Counted from the stretch's first letter, positions 7,217 to 16,690 are shown. The stretch: 28,401 nucleotides of DNA from Candidatus Wolframiiraptor sinensis (GCA_023261815.1 JALNKA010000015.1:1-28401); one strand, 5' to 3'. Program-made: numbers and translations. Notes: generated from the letters alone by a model not told the origin.

Positions 7217-8238
7217 TGTCGAGATCCATGAAGAGGGCAGCGCTTTACGGGAAATCCGGCGAAGACGTCACATGCCTCGTATGCGAGAGAGCTTGTAGAA
7301 TAAAGCCCGGAGCCCATGGAATATGTGGAAATTATCGAAACATCGATGGAGAGCTCATTCACGTGGGATACGGGGTTCTAAGCGCGATCGAGAGCAGGCC
7401 CATTGAGATTAAGCCTCTCTTCCACTACTGGCCAAATAGCACGGCTCTGACATTCTCAGGCTATGGGTGCAATTTCTACTGCCCATGGTGTCAGAACAGC
7501 CACCTGAGCTTCTCAAGGCCTCCGCCTGGAGCCGAGCCAACCCCTCCCGAAAAGCTGGTGGAAATGGCCATTAGAAACCGAGATGAAGGCCTCTGCACGA
7601 GCTTCAATGAACCCGCAACGTTATTCGACTACCTCCTAGATCTATTCGAGCTCGGATCTAGGAAGGGGTTATACGGCACGGTCGTGACGAACGGCTACTT
7701 CACCGAGCGAGCGATGAAGATGCTTATCGAGGCGGGCGCAGACGGCTTCAGCATAAACATCAAGGGATGCCCACTCGCCAAACAAGCATTAACAACAATA
7801 GACCACCTAAAGGTCTTCAGAAACGCCCGGAAAATCTTAGACCTAGGAGGCCACGTGGAGATGGTATACCTCGTCGTAACGGGATTCAACGACTCAGAGG
7901 AATGCGCAGAGTGGATATTCGAAAAACACCTAGAATATCTCGGAGAATCCACTCCAATACACATTAACAGATATTATCCCGCAAACTTCTGGAAAAATCC
8001 CCCAACACCACTGAGCAAGCTCCTAAAATTTAGGGAAATGGCGGCGAAAGAGGGCATAGAATACGTCTACGTGGGAAATGTCGGGATACCGGATCTTGAG
8101 ACAACAAAATGTCCGAAATGTGGAAAGAAGTTGATTATAAGAAATCTCCACCGCGTAGTATACTATAAACTTGATGGAGATAGGTGCCCTAACTGTGGAT
8201 GCAAAATAACGCTAAGGGGGAAATATATCCGAAAATAA
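7216..8238 (+). CDS. amrS: AmmeMemoRadiSam system radical SAM enzyme (PFL-activating-enzyme-like)
   Basis: N-terminal CLVCERAC...GICG, PIEIKPLFHYWP, GCNFYCPWCQN, FNEP, YVYVGNV, C-terminal CPKCG/CPNCG. TAATG overlap with the upstream gene. Confidence 0.85.
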   Translation: MSRSMKRAALYGKSGEDVTCLVCERACRIKPGAHGICGNYRNIDGELIHVGYGVLSAIESRPIEIKPLFHYWPNSTALTFSGYGCNFYCPWCQNSHLSFSRPPPGAEPTPPEKLVEMAIRNRDEGLCTSFNEPATLFDYLLDLFELGSRKGLYGTVVTNGYFTERAMKMLIEAGADGFSINIKGCPLAKQALTTIDHLKVFRNARKILDLGGHVEMVYLVVTGFNDSEECAEWIFEKHLEYLGESTPIHINRYYPANFWKNPPTPLSKLLKFREMAAKEGIEYVYVGNVGIPDLETTKCPKCGKKLIIRNLHRVVYYKLDGDRCPNCGCKITLRGKYIRK

Positions 8239-8319
8239 GCTATGTGATAGGGCACCATAAGAATCTCCATTTTAAGATAACACGGCGGAAAGGCAACCTA
8301 CAGCGCTCTCTAGACTTAA

Positions 8320-9231
8320 TTATGCAGGCTTACATATGAGAGCATAGTTTGTGGCGTTCAATCTGCATACAAAGATGTATCTTTGAATTTCAGCGAAATC
8401 CATATCAGAGCTACTATACTTTTTCTGAGTAAATTCTCCTATAGCCTCTACTATTCTAATCCTATACCCTATGAGGCCACCGAATCTCTTAGAATCATCT
8501 GACGTATCATCTGTTACTCTTATCGTAAAGCCGCTAAAATAGGACTCTCCAGGGGTCAACCTGCTAACGATATTTACAGATGTTGACACATCACAGCCAC
8601 TGAGCCCAGAGCATGCTAGAATACTTATTTCTATCCTTATGTTTCGCAATGGCTCTGAGTTATTCCCAAGAGAGATCATGTATGGTATGTATATGCTCCC
8701 ACTCTGCTGCTGAAGCACCACAGTAGTGCTATCTGATAGTGCTGAATCTATTCTGAGGGGGGCTTTTGCCGGCAGAGATGGTTCAGGCAATGTTATTCTC
8801 AAGACTGTATCCTGAAATACCTCAACCTCTTGTGATGGTATGCCTGAGGGAGCATTATCCTTGAAAAGTTCAATTCTATATTTCCCTGGCGCAACCATGA
8901 AAACGGCCACTCTAGATTCCCCTGGAGTAAGGGTTGTTAAGTTGTATCTAGCAATGTCACCGCAGGGATTATTACTAGCTACTCCTGCTAATACACATCC
9001 ATATTCTGTCCCCGATCTACTCACTACGATGGTATAAATAGTTCCTGAGATCATGTTTTCTAGGGAAACTAATAGTAGATAGGGTAATTTCCTAGGCCCT
9101 ATACTTTCAGAAGTAAAGCCGTTCCCCCTTAATGTGACCACTTTCGCCCTAATCACCTCATCATCACTCCTGAAATACTGCCCGGTACCTCTCTCGAACA
9201 ATTCACCTGGCGCGAAAAAAGGACTTCCCAA
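8320..9231 (-). CDS. 3' part of a frameshifted large pilin-like protein (end of pilin head plus beta-rich Ig-like domains)
   Basis: No signal peptide; opens with APGE...KVVTLRGNGF, typical of archaeal pilin-head C-terminal strands. LTPGES occurs twice, with paired cysteines. Confidence 0.65.
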   Translation of the reverse strand: MGSPFFAPGELFERGTGQYFRSDDEVIRAKVVTLRGNGFTSESIGPRKLPYLLLVSLENMISGTIYTIVVSRSGTEYGCVLAGVASNNPCGDIARYNLTTLTPGESRVAVFMVAPGKYRIELFKDNAPSGIPSQEVEVFQDTVLRITLPEPSLPAKAPLRIDSALSDSTTVVLQQQSGSIYIPYMISLGNNSEPLRNIRIEISILACSGLSGCDVSTSVNIVSRLTPGESYFSGFTIRVTDDTSDDSKRFGGLIGYRIRIVEAIGEFTQKKYSSSDMDFAEIQRYIFVCRLNATNYALICKPA

Positions 9232-9559
9232 GCACCTCCTCCGAGGAAAAGGTCATTAATCCGCGCCCCGTGCTTTCGAGATAAACCGTTGGCACGTTGA
9301 CGCTTAGCGTTCCAGTATTCTCTATTATCAAGAATATTACGTAGCCTTCTCCAGGGCGTAGGGCCAGCGATAGGCGCACATTCAGCTTCTCATGTATTCT
9401 CTCGAGCTCATATTGCAGTCTCCTAGAAACCTCTTGCATGAATAATGATTGGAGGCTCTGTATGTAGAGAAGCGCGGGGATTATCACCGTGAAGAATATC
9501 GCTAATGCTATTGCGGTGCCCAGTACCGCCGACACTGCTTTACGAGAGCCTCTCCACAT
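9203..9559 (-). CDS. Archaeal type IV pilin-like protein, 5' part
   Basis: Class III signal peptide MWRGSRKA|VSAVLGTAIALAIFF and IENTG motif. Start reassigned to ATG 9559, overlapping the end of the upstream pilin. Confidence 0.8.
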   Translation of the reverse strand: MWRGSRKAVSAVLGTAIALAIFFTVIIPALLYIQSLQSLFMQEVSRRLQYELERIHEKLNVRLSLALRPGEGYVIFLIIENTGTLSVNVPTVYLESTGRGLMTFSSEEVLGKSFFRAR

Positions 9560-10682
9560 ACACCTCAATCCTCCAAACATCAAACATGCTGGGATAGGGA
9601 TATACACGAATCATATAATCCTCATAGCTACCGGAGGAAACACCATTTCTCACTAACTCTCCCAGGGAGATGACGGCTCCATTACAGTCTTTTAACACGG
9701 CCTTAACTTTGTAATTACCCGAATATCCGTGATATACGGTCACGTAAACGCTATAAACTCTATAGTTAAAGGTGTTCCAGAATAACTTGATGAGCTCTAC
9801 AGATGAATAGGTGCTGGATGGTGTTGATAATCTGTGGAAATACCATTCTCTTTGAGGTATCTCCCAATTTTGTGTTGAACTTATGATTTGTATCGTCTGA
9901 GGATAATACTTTCCAGAGGTATCCGCTTTAACCATTTGATGACTTTCACCCGCGGATGTAACTATATTTTCTCTAAGATTGGTTACTCCTACCTTTATCT
10001 TTATGTTTTCTATTGCTGAGGCTTTGGGGAGCCTAATTCTGATATTCTCGGACAATCTACCGCTGGAGATTGATGACTCTTCAGGATCAACATAATCTAC
10101 CCAAGTCCAGTTCTTTCCTTGGAAGTATAAATAACATTGTGGTGAGGAACCGCCGCCCAAATATCCCCAGCGAGCCTCCTCAGATTTAAATGATTTAACT
10201 TGGAAAAGCACAGTCTCCGGGTTTACCTTAATGATATCTTCCTCTGAAAGCAGTTTTACGGGTACATAATACACGCTGAGCGTCACATACTTATTGGGGT
10301 TACATGATGGGCAAACAAATCTATATAGTCCCACTTCGGTGGGTCTTAGCACGTATTCTCCAGCTTTGTCCTCTCGACGTATGGGGCCTAGTTTGGAGCT
10401 CCACCCGAGACGCCCCTCGCTGTCATAAACCACGAGTCTTACTATTACTACATCTTCGGTGCCGATATTTCTGATCCAAGCTAATCCCTCAGGCCATAAG
10501 ACATAGTCTGCAGATATCATGCTCCTCATTATAATCGAGTTTTCATTTAGCTTCCTATGGCTTTCGAGGCGCGATATCGCGATGTATCCTGACAAGAAGC
10601 TCCATGCGAATATCCCCGCGGATAAAATGAAAGCCGCCAGAATCACGGTTGAGACGATTTCGCTTAATCCCCTTTTATCCAA
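9540..10682 (-). CDS. Archaeal type IV pilin-like protein with C-terminal beta-rich domain (minor pilin/adhesin)
   Basis: MDKRG|LSEIVSTVILAAFILSAG class III signal; IRNIG; CPSC; paralogous to 10675..11868. Confidence 0.85.
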   Translation of the reverse strand: MDKRGLSEIVSTVILAAFILSAGIFAWSFLSGYIAISRLESHRKLNENSIIMRSMISADYVLWPEGLAWIRNIGTEDVVIVRLVVYDSEGRLGWSSKLGPIRREDKAGEYVLRPTEVGLYRFVCPSCNPNKYVTLSVYYVPVKLLSEEDIIKVNPETVLFQVKSFKSEEARWGYLGGGSSPQCYLYFQGKNWTWVDYVDPEESSISSGRLSENIRIRLPKASAIENIKIKVGVTNLRENIVTSAGESHQMVKADTSGKYYPQTIQIISSTQNWEIPQREWYFHRLSTPSSTYSSVELIKLFWNTFNYRVYSVYVTVYHGYSGNYKVKAVLKDCNGAVISLGELVRNGVSSGSYEDYMIRVYPYPSMFDVWRIEVYVERLS

Positions 10683-11868
10683 TCTTGGTCACCTCGCTCT
10701 CCACATAATAAATCTGATCTAATCTAACTGGATTACTTAACGTGATAAAGGCAGTAGCCTTAGCGCTCGAGGAACCGTCCAGATTTATATTCATAGAAAT
10801 GCTTCCGGTGGCAATAACTTTTCCATTACAGTCCTTTATGGTTATAGAGATGCGATATGTTCCAGAGCGACCAAATCCCAGCTCAGCGAGCACGGCATCT
10901 ACGAGCTTATCATCTGTTCTCCATGAAAGGATTAGGCCACTGATGTGCGCGACATTTGGTTGCCCCCCGAAAATCCACTCTCCTGGAATCATCTGCATAT
11001 TTGGCGAACTTAAAGTGACTTTGAATGGGACGCATATTCGGCTTATAGACCCGGATAAGGAGATACTGTACTGCTGGGACTCTCTTGGAACATTTATCGA
11101 GGCCGAGCCGGATGCGGAGGCCGTTCCACCTATTTTTCTCACAGCAACATTAACCGTAATTACGTCCACTCCAGATGCGAGTGGAGCTTCTATCCAAACT
11201 CTTCCATAACCGCTGTAAGAATAAAGACACCCAGAAGAGACTACAGTCACGGGGTCTACCAAATCCATTAGGGTCCAGCCATTCTCTGGTAGAGGACACT
11301 CTAACTTAATGCTAGGATTCGTGATCACGGAGTCCCCAGTCGGTATCTCTGTTGTTGAGAGGCGAAGCCCTCTCTCATATATGCTTAATGGTATATAATA
11401 AGCTCTATACGCTATCCCACCGCTTGAGCGACACTCTTCACGTAGCTCCGGCCGATCTAAGCCCTCGCAGGTTGGTAAATCCTTTATTACAATACTTTCT
11501 CCACGTTTTAATACATATTCTTCATCACTTGAGAAATATTTAGTATAGAAAACCTTAAACGTTTCGAGTGATCTCAACTCAACCCTGGATATAACTACGG
11601 CAATTTCCTCGTCTGAAACGTTTCTCAAAACTAAGCTTATATCACCATCTTCATCAAATGACATGGATTCTATCACGACCAATGACCTCACTACTTCTAT
11701 GTTTCCCTGGGTTTCCCTCGTGGCTGTTAGGAGAGAATTATGGGTCCATCCATTCACAATTAATAATAGTAGAAGGCCAAGAGCCACGGTTACGGCGGAG
11801 AGAATGCAAGCTTCTACAATAGTTATGGCTCTTTTAGAGCCCCATCGAAGGCAAAGCCTCAACTCCAA
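10675..11868 (-). CDS. Archaeal type IV pilin-like protein with C-terminal beta-rich domain
   Basis: SKRA|ITIVEACILSAVTVALGLLLL signal with Glu at +5; LRNVS; shares WT..D.VDP and KDCNG.VI..G motifs with the neighbour. Confidence 0.8.
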   Translation of the reverse strand: MELRLCLRWGSKRAITIVEACILSAVTVALGLLLLLIVNGWTHNSLLTATRETQGNIEVVRSLVVIESMSFDEDGDISLVLRNVSDEEIAVVISRVELRSLETFKVFYTKYFSSDEEYVLKRGESIVIKDLPTCEGLDRPELREECRSSGGIAYRAYYIPLSIYERGLRLSTTEIPTGDSVITNPSIKLECPLPENGWTLMDLVDPVTVVSSGCLYSYSGYGRVWIEAPLASGVDVITVNVAVRKIGGTASASGSASINVPRESQQYSISLSGSISRICVPFKVTLSSPNMQMIPGEWIFGGQPNVAHISGLILSWRTDDKLVDAVLAELGFGRSGTYRISITIKDCNGKVIATGSISMNINLDGSSSAKATAFITLSNPVRLDQIYYVESEVTKIG

Positions 11869-11890
11869 ATCATTTAAAAAACTCGAGGTT

Positions 11891-11904
11891 ATATATAAGT
11901 CTTT
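11891..11904 (-). promoter_or_regulatory. BRE/TATA promoter of the large-pilin operon
   Basis: Minus strand AAAGAC-TTATATAT; the TATA starts 30 nt before TTG 11868. Confidence 0.6.
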
Positions 11905-11950
11905 AAAATCATACGCAACGCCATTTTCGCCAGTAATTATCCAGTAATTA

Positions 11951-12475
11951 TCATGTAGTGAATCCTTTCTTCGTAAATGCCATTTCCAGGATCCTAATCA
12001 CCGAAGACGCCTCACCGGGATTCATTTTCTCTAGGATTTCGGAGGGTGCGTACCAAATCCTGTAAACGAGTTCCTCGCCTGGCTCGCAATAAGTGCATGT
12101 TGGGGCATCTATGCCTGCGGAGTCGCCTATTCTACTCAGTTTCGCCAATTCTCCGATTCCATTCGGCGGGGTGGCATTTACGATGAGGGACCTTCGTGAT
12201 GAATATAGCTCAATTCTGCAAATAGTAATCGATATATTGTATTTTGACACGTTTCTTGCGTAAATCGTAGATTTTTCATCTGAATAGTTCATGGCTTCAA
12301 TCACTAGGATCGCCCGCATGAGTTGCGTGTACTTATCGAATTCTCCGGTGATGTTGACACCATATGTCTGAACCCAGGACGCGGCTAGGTACATTATGAA
12401 GAGGCCGAGTGTAAGCGTTATTGCGGCAATGATTATTACTCCGATAGTCGCCATGCCCAGCTTCAATCCGCACAT
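11951..12475 (-). CDS. Small archaeal type IV pilin-like protein (174 aa)
   Basis: LKLG|MATIGVIIIAAITLTLG signal; head domain (LVIE..., ARNVS, PTCTYC, YRIWYAP) is homologous to the N-domain of the 397-aa pilin. Confidence 0.75.
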   Translation of the reverse strand: MCGLKLGMATIGVIIIAAITLTLGLFIMYLAASWVQTYGVNITGEFDKYTQLMRAILVIEAMNYSDEKSTIYARNVSKYNISITICRIELYSSRRSLIVNATPPNGIGELAKLSRIGDSAGIDAPTCTYCEPGEELVYRIWYAPSEILEKMNPGEASSVIRILEMAFTKKGFTT

Positions 12476-12716
12476 CGCTTAATCTAACTTGTGTTATGCT
12501 ACTAGATGGTTTAAAATCTTTTCATAATCATACATATAAGCGCCCCCATCATTTGCCAGCACATTTCTTATAATGCCGAATCACCAATACTTATTCCAAG
12601 GCTCCTGCGATTATGTCTTGCCATTCTCTCAAGAGTAATAGCTGATGGTAGAATGTGTATAAGCTCTCGCTCTATAGGTTTATTTGCTGGCTGGGTTTGT
12701 TTCTGGCTGATCGCCG

Positions 12717-14294
12717 ATGCCCGAGGTGAGGTTTGAGAAGATTTCGCCGGCGGACTTCTTTTACAGGAACAGGGATATTGCCGGGTTTAGTAGCCCGGCT
12801 AGGTCGCTCTACATGAGCATAAGGGAGCTTGTGGAGAACTCGCTGGACGCGGCTGAGGTCGGAAAGATTACGCCGAGCATAATCGTCGAGCTCTCCTGCG
12901 AGGGGAACTCGGATGAGGGCGTGGACATTTACAGGCTTAAGGTCGAGGATAATGGCATCGGCGTGGCCCCGGAGCACATTCCGAAGGCCTTCGCCACGGT
13001 CTTCTATGGAAGCAAGTATGGCTACAAGCAGAGCAGGGGCACCTTCGGGCTCGGCGGGACGATGGCGCTCCTCTACGGCCAGATCACGACGAATAGGCCT
13101 GCGACGGTGATCTCGAGCACGGGCGGTAAGGAAATCCACAGATTCGTCCTCATGATAGACATCGTGAAGAATGAGCCCAAGGTATTCGAGCACGAGGTCA
13201 TCGAGAACAAGAATAGGTGGCGCGGAACGATAGTCGAGTTCCACCTAGAGGCGGATTACTCGGCCAGCAAGGCGAAGATAATACAGTATTTCGCGCACAC
13301 GGCCATGGCGAACCCATATGCCTCGATAATGTTCATAGATCCAAAGGGCCGGCTCTACTACTACCCGAGGGTCACCACGGAGGTCCCGGAGCCGCCTAAG
13401 GAGGCTCTCCCGCACCCGGTCGGCGTTGACGTTGAGACTATGTCGAGGCTTCTCGCCACGGCTAGGGACAGGAGCATGCTGAGCTTTCTCATGAACAATT
13501 TCCAGAAGGTCGGGGAGAAGACGGCTAGGGAGGTGTTGCAGCTGGCCGAGATTCCAGAGGACAAGAATCCGCGGAAGCTGAGCCATGAGGAGGTCACGAG
13601 GCTCGTAGACGCTATCAAGCGCTATGGCAAGTTCAGGGCCCCGGACCCATCGAGCCTCAGCCCCATCGGAAAGAACCTTCTAGAGGTCGGGATACGCAAC
13701 ATGCTGAACCCGGATTTCCTATATGTCGTCCAGCGGCCGCCCTCATCCTACTCAGGCTACCCCTTCGTCGTCGAGGTCGGGCTAGCTTATGGAGGTAGCA
13801 TACCGGTCTCGGACACGATCCAGCTCTACAGGTTCGCCAACAAGATCCCGCTACTTTATGATGAGAGGGCGGATGTCTCTTGGAAGGTTGCAAGCGAGCG
13901 GATAGACTGGTCCACGTATAAGGTCAGGTTCCCGGCGCCGATAGCCATAGTGACCCATATATGCTCTCCCAAAATACCTTACAAGACTGTCGGTAAGGAG
14001 GCGATCGCGGATAGGCCGGAGATAGAGAGAGAGCTCGTCGCGGCCTTGAGGGAGGCTGCTAGGGCTCTCAGGCTATACCTGAGCAAGGTGGAGAAGCGGG
14101 AGATCGCAAAGCGTAAGCTCGATATCTACGCCCGATACCTGCCCCTAATCGCGAAATACTCGGCCGAGCTCGCGGATAGGAAGAAGCCGCCCAGCATAGA
14201 TAAGCTGCTAAAGTCCCTCGGGATAGATGAGAAGATGGTCGAAGAGGCTAAGAAAAAGGCGCTGGAGAAGCTCCAGGAGCTATATGCCGAGTAG
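12717..14294 (+). CDS. top6B: DNA topoisomerase VI subunit B
   Basis: ISPADFFYRNRDIAGF, GHKL motifs ELVENSLDA, DNGIG, QSRGTFGLG; LYRFANKIPLLYD; KIPYKTVGKE. Confidence 0.97.
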   Translation: MPEVRFEKISPADFFYRNRDIAGFSSPARSLYMSIRELVENSLDAAEVGKITPSIIVELSCEGNSDEGVDIYRLKVEDNGIGVAPEHIPKAFATVFYGSKYGYKQSRGTFGLGGTMALLYGQITTNRPATVISSTGGKEIHRFVLMIDIVKNEPKVFEHEVIENKNRWRGTIVEFHLEADYSASKAKIIQYFAHTAMANPYASIMFIDPKGRLYYYPRVTTEVPEPPKEALPHPVGVDVETMSRLLATARDRSMLSFLMNNFQKVGEKTAREVLQLAEIPEDKNPRKLSHEEVTRLVDAIKRYGKFRAPDPSSLSPIGKNLLEVGIRNMLNPDFLYVVQRPPSSYSGYPFVVEVGLAYGGSIPVSDTIQLYRFANKIPLLYDERADVSWKVASERIDWSTYKVRFPAPIAIVTHICSPKIPYKTVGKEAIADRPEIERELVAALREAARALRLYLSKVEKREIAKRKLDIYARYLPLIAKYSAELADRKKPPSIDKLLKSLGIDEKMVEEAKKKALEKLQELYAE

Positions 14295-14403
14295 ATGCTT
14301 CGGGAGAACAGCGCCCAAAATCCCGTCTTCCACACTTTCCGCGATTCACCTTAATAAGAGGCTCAAATCAGCTTACATCATCGCTTGATGTGGGGTGTTT
14401 TGC

Positions 14404-15600
14404 GTGAGGATCGCGCTCGCGTATAGCGGCGGGCTGGATACCACGGTCCTCTGCCGATGGCTTAAGGAGAATTACCGGGCCGAGGTGATAACGGTTACCG
14501 TTGATGTCGGGCAGCCGACGGACTTCAGGGCGATAGAGGAGAGGGCTTACGCGGCCGGCGCCTCCAAGCACTACCACGTGGACGCGAGGAGCAGGTTTGT
14601 CGAGGAGTTTGTGGCCCGTGACATATTGTTCAACGGGCTTTATGAGGGCGAGTACCCGCTCTCGACCGCGCTCAGCAGGTACCCGATAGCGGAGGAGGTC
14701 GCGAGAATAGCTCTCATGGAGGGCTGCGACGCCGTCGCTCACGGGTGCACGGGCAAAGGCAATGATCAGCTTCGGATGGATGCCTCGCTCTCATACTTCC
14801 TTCCCGACGACGTGAGGATCCTGGCTCCGGTTAGGGAGCAGAACTGGAGCCGAGACTGGGAGATCGATTACGCCATCAAGCGCGGCCTGCCGATAGAGGT
14901 TAAGGAGAGCAGGTTCAGCATAGATGAAAATATCTGGGGCAGATCCGTGGAGGGCGCCGAGCTCGAGGATCCCTGGACAGGGCCACCGTGGGATGTCTTC
15001 AAGTGGATTAAGCCTCCGAGCGAGTGGCCGAATGAGCCCGAGGAGATCGTGATAAGATTCGAGTCGGGTCTGCCCGTGGCCTTGGATGGCAGGAGGATGA
15101 GCCTTTGGGAGATCATCAGCGAGCTTAACGTGAGGCTTGGAAGATATGGATTCGGCCTGATAGATCATATCGAGGACAGGGTGATAGGATTGAAGAGCAG
15201 GGAGGTTTACGAGGCTCCGGCAGCCCTCGCGCTGATCAAGTGCCACCAGGATCTGGAGAAGATGGTTCTGCCCGCGAGATGCCTGAAATTCAAGGCTCAT
15301 GTAGATAGGGAGTGGACGGAGCTGGTCTACGCGGGCTTATGGTATCACCCGCTCCGTGAGGCACTGGACAGGTTCGCAGATGAACTGGAGAAGAATGTAA
15401 GCGGCGAGGTTAAATTGACGCTTGAGAAGGGGTCCGCGAGGATCTCGGGAAGACGCGCTGAAAAGAGCCTCTACGTGAAAGACCTGATAACGTACTCAGC
15501 TGAAAGCCTATTCGATCAGCGGCACAGCGATGGATTCTCAAGGATCTGGAGTCTCGATGTCAGGCTTCAGAAGATCATGCGCGGGCCTAGCGCGAGGTGA
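14404..15600 (+). CDS. argG: Argininosuccinate synthase
   Basis: LAYSGGLDT, YEGEYPLSTALSR, HGCTGKGNDQ, SIDENIWGRSVEG, GLKSREVYEAP. GGGGTG lies 6 nt before GTG 14404. Confidence 0.96.
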   Translation: MRIALAYSGGLDTTVLCRWLKENYRAEVITVTVDVGQPTDFRAIEERAYAAGASKHYHVDARSRFVEEFVARDILFNGLYEGEYPLSTALSRYPIAEEVARIALMEGCDAVAHGCTGKGNDQLRMDASLSYFLPDDVRILAPVREQNWSRDWEIDYAIKRGLPIEVKESRFSIDENIWGRSVEGAELEDPWTGPPWDVFKWIKPPSEWPNEPEEIVIRFESGLPVALDGRRMSLWEIISELNVRLGRYGFGLIDHIEDRVIGLKSREVYEAPAALALIKCHQDLEKMVLPARCLKFKAHVDREWTELVYAGLWYHPLREALDRFADELEKNVSGEVKLTLEKGSARISGRRAEKSLYVKDLITYSAESLFDQRHSDGFSRIWSLDVRLQKIMRGPSAR

Positions 15601-15607
15601 AGTAGAT

Positions 15608-16690
15608 TCAGGCTCTTCTGACGCCGGCGAGCTCGTGAAGCGTGGCCGACACGATCTCCGCGGCCCTTATTATCTCTTGGACCGATACCGCCTCATAGCT
15701 CGTGTGGGCCAGCCTAGAGTCTCCCGGCCCGAAGGCGGCTATGCTCCCCGTCAACCTCACGAGTATATTCATGTCGCTCGTCCCGGTCTTCTTCACTATT
15801 CTCGGTCTCAAGCCTGCTCTGATGCATCCCCGAATGAGGGCTCTGATTATCGGCGCGCTCAAACTTACTTCAACGGGCTGTGTAACATCTATTATCCGGA
15901 GCTCGATCCCACGCTTCTCCGCGAGCTCGCGAAGCTCCTCGAGAAGCCGCCCATGATCCTGTGAGCTCGGGAATCTTATGTTGAGGTGCGCTCTAGCCTC
16001 CTCCGGGAGCTTGCTGGGCCAGTCGCCTGAAGATAGCATCGTGATCGCGGATGTGACCTGCTCGTAGCTTGTTCCCCTGAACTTTGACCTAAACTCGCTT
16101 AGAAAGTCTAGCATCCTGTCAAGCGCGGACTCGCCGATGTATGGCGCGGAGCTATGGCCTCCTCGAGCAGATGAGCGGGCCTCCACGGTTATGCTCCCCC
16201 TATATGCTATGGCTATTCCGAGGTTCGTCGGCTCGCCGACCAGCACGTGATCCGCCCTGACTCCAGTCTCGACGAGGTGCCTGGCCCCGGCGCCATCAAG
16301 CTCCTCCCTTACAAGGCCGGCTACGACGACCCTCAGATCCCTGACATACTTCATGGCCATGCTCGCGCCGAGTATGTAGGATAGGAGCGGGCCCTTGGCA
16401 TCCACCGCGCCCCTCCCTCTCACCAGCTCGCCATCATATGAGACCTCGAGCCTGCCCGGGATCGTGTCGAGGTGGCTTGCCAGAATCACGGTCTCGCCAT
16501 CGCCATATGATGCGAGGAAATTCCCGACGCCATCGACCCTGCACTCCTCGAAGCTCAGCCCGCTGCACATGTCTCTCAGGATTCCATGGAGCTTGGTCTC
16601 GCTGCCCGGCGGAGTATAGGCCTCGAGAAGCCTGACGAGCATCATCGCGACCTCATCTTTGCCGAGCCCCTTCACGCCACCCACCCTCAT
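15608..16690 (-). CDS. lysK: [LysW]-lysine/[LysW]-ornithine hydrolase (M20 peptidase family)
   Basis: SHLDT, GRGAVDAKGPL, VREE, GEP, KTGTSDMN, GPGDSRLAHT; TAATG-coupled to lysJ. Confidence 0.88.
   Translation of the reverse strand: MRVGGVKGLGKDEVAMMLVRLLEAYTPPGSETKLHGILRDMCSGLSFEECRVDGVGNFLASYGDGETVILASHLDTIPGRLEVSYDGELVRGRGAVDAKGPLLSYILGASMAMKYVRDLRVVVAGLVREELDGAGARHLVETGVRADHVLVGEPTNLGIAIAYRGSITVEARSSARGGHSSAPYIGESALDRMLDFLSEFRSKFRGTSYEQVTSAITMLSSGDWPSKLPEEARAHLNIRFPSSQDHGRLLEELRELAEKRGIELRIIDVTQPVEVSLSAPIIRALIRGCIRAGLRPRIVKKTGTSDMNILVRLTGSIAAFGPGDSRLAHTSYEAVSVQEIIRAAEIVSATLHELAGVRRA

Noticed and set aside
12568-12624. 18-aa minus ORF MARHNRRSLGISIGDSAL resembling a pilin signal remnant
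   Set aside because: No hydrophobic helix follows; too short to support.
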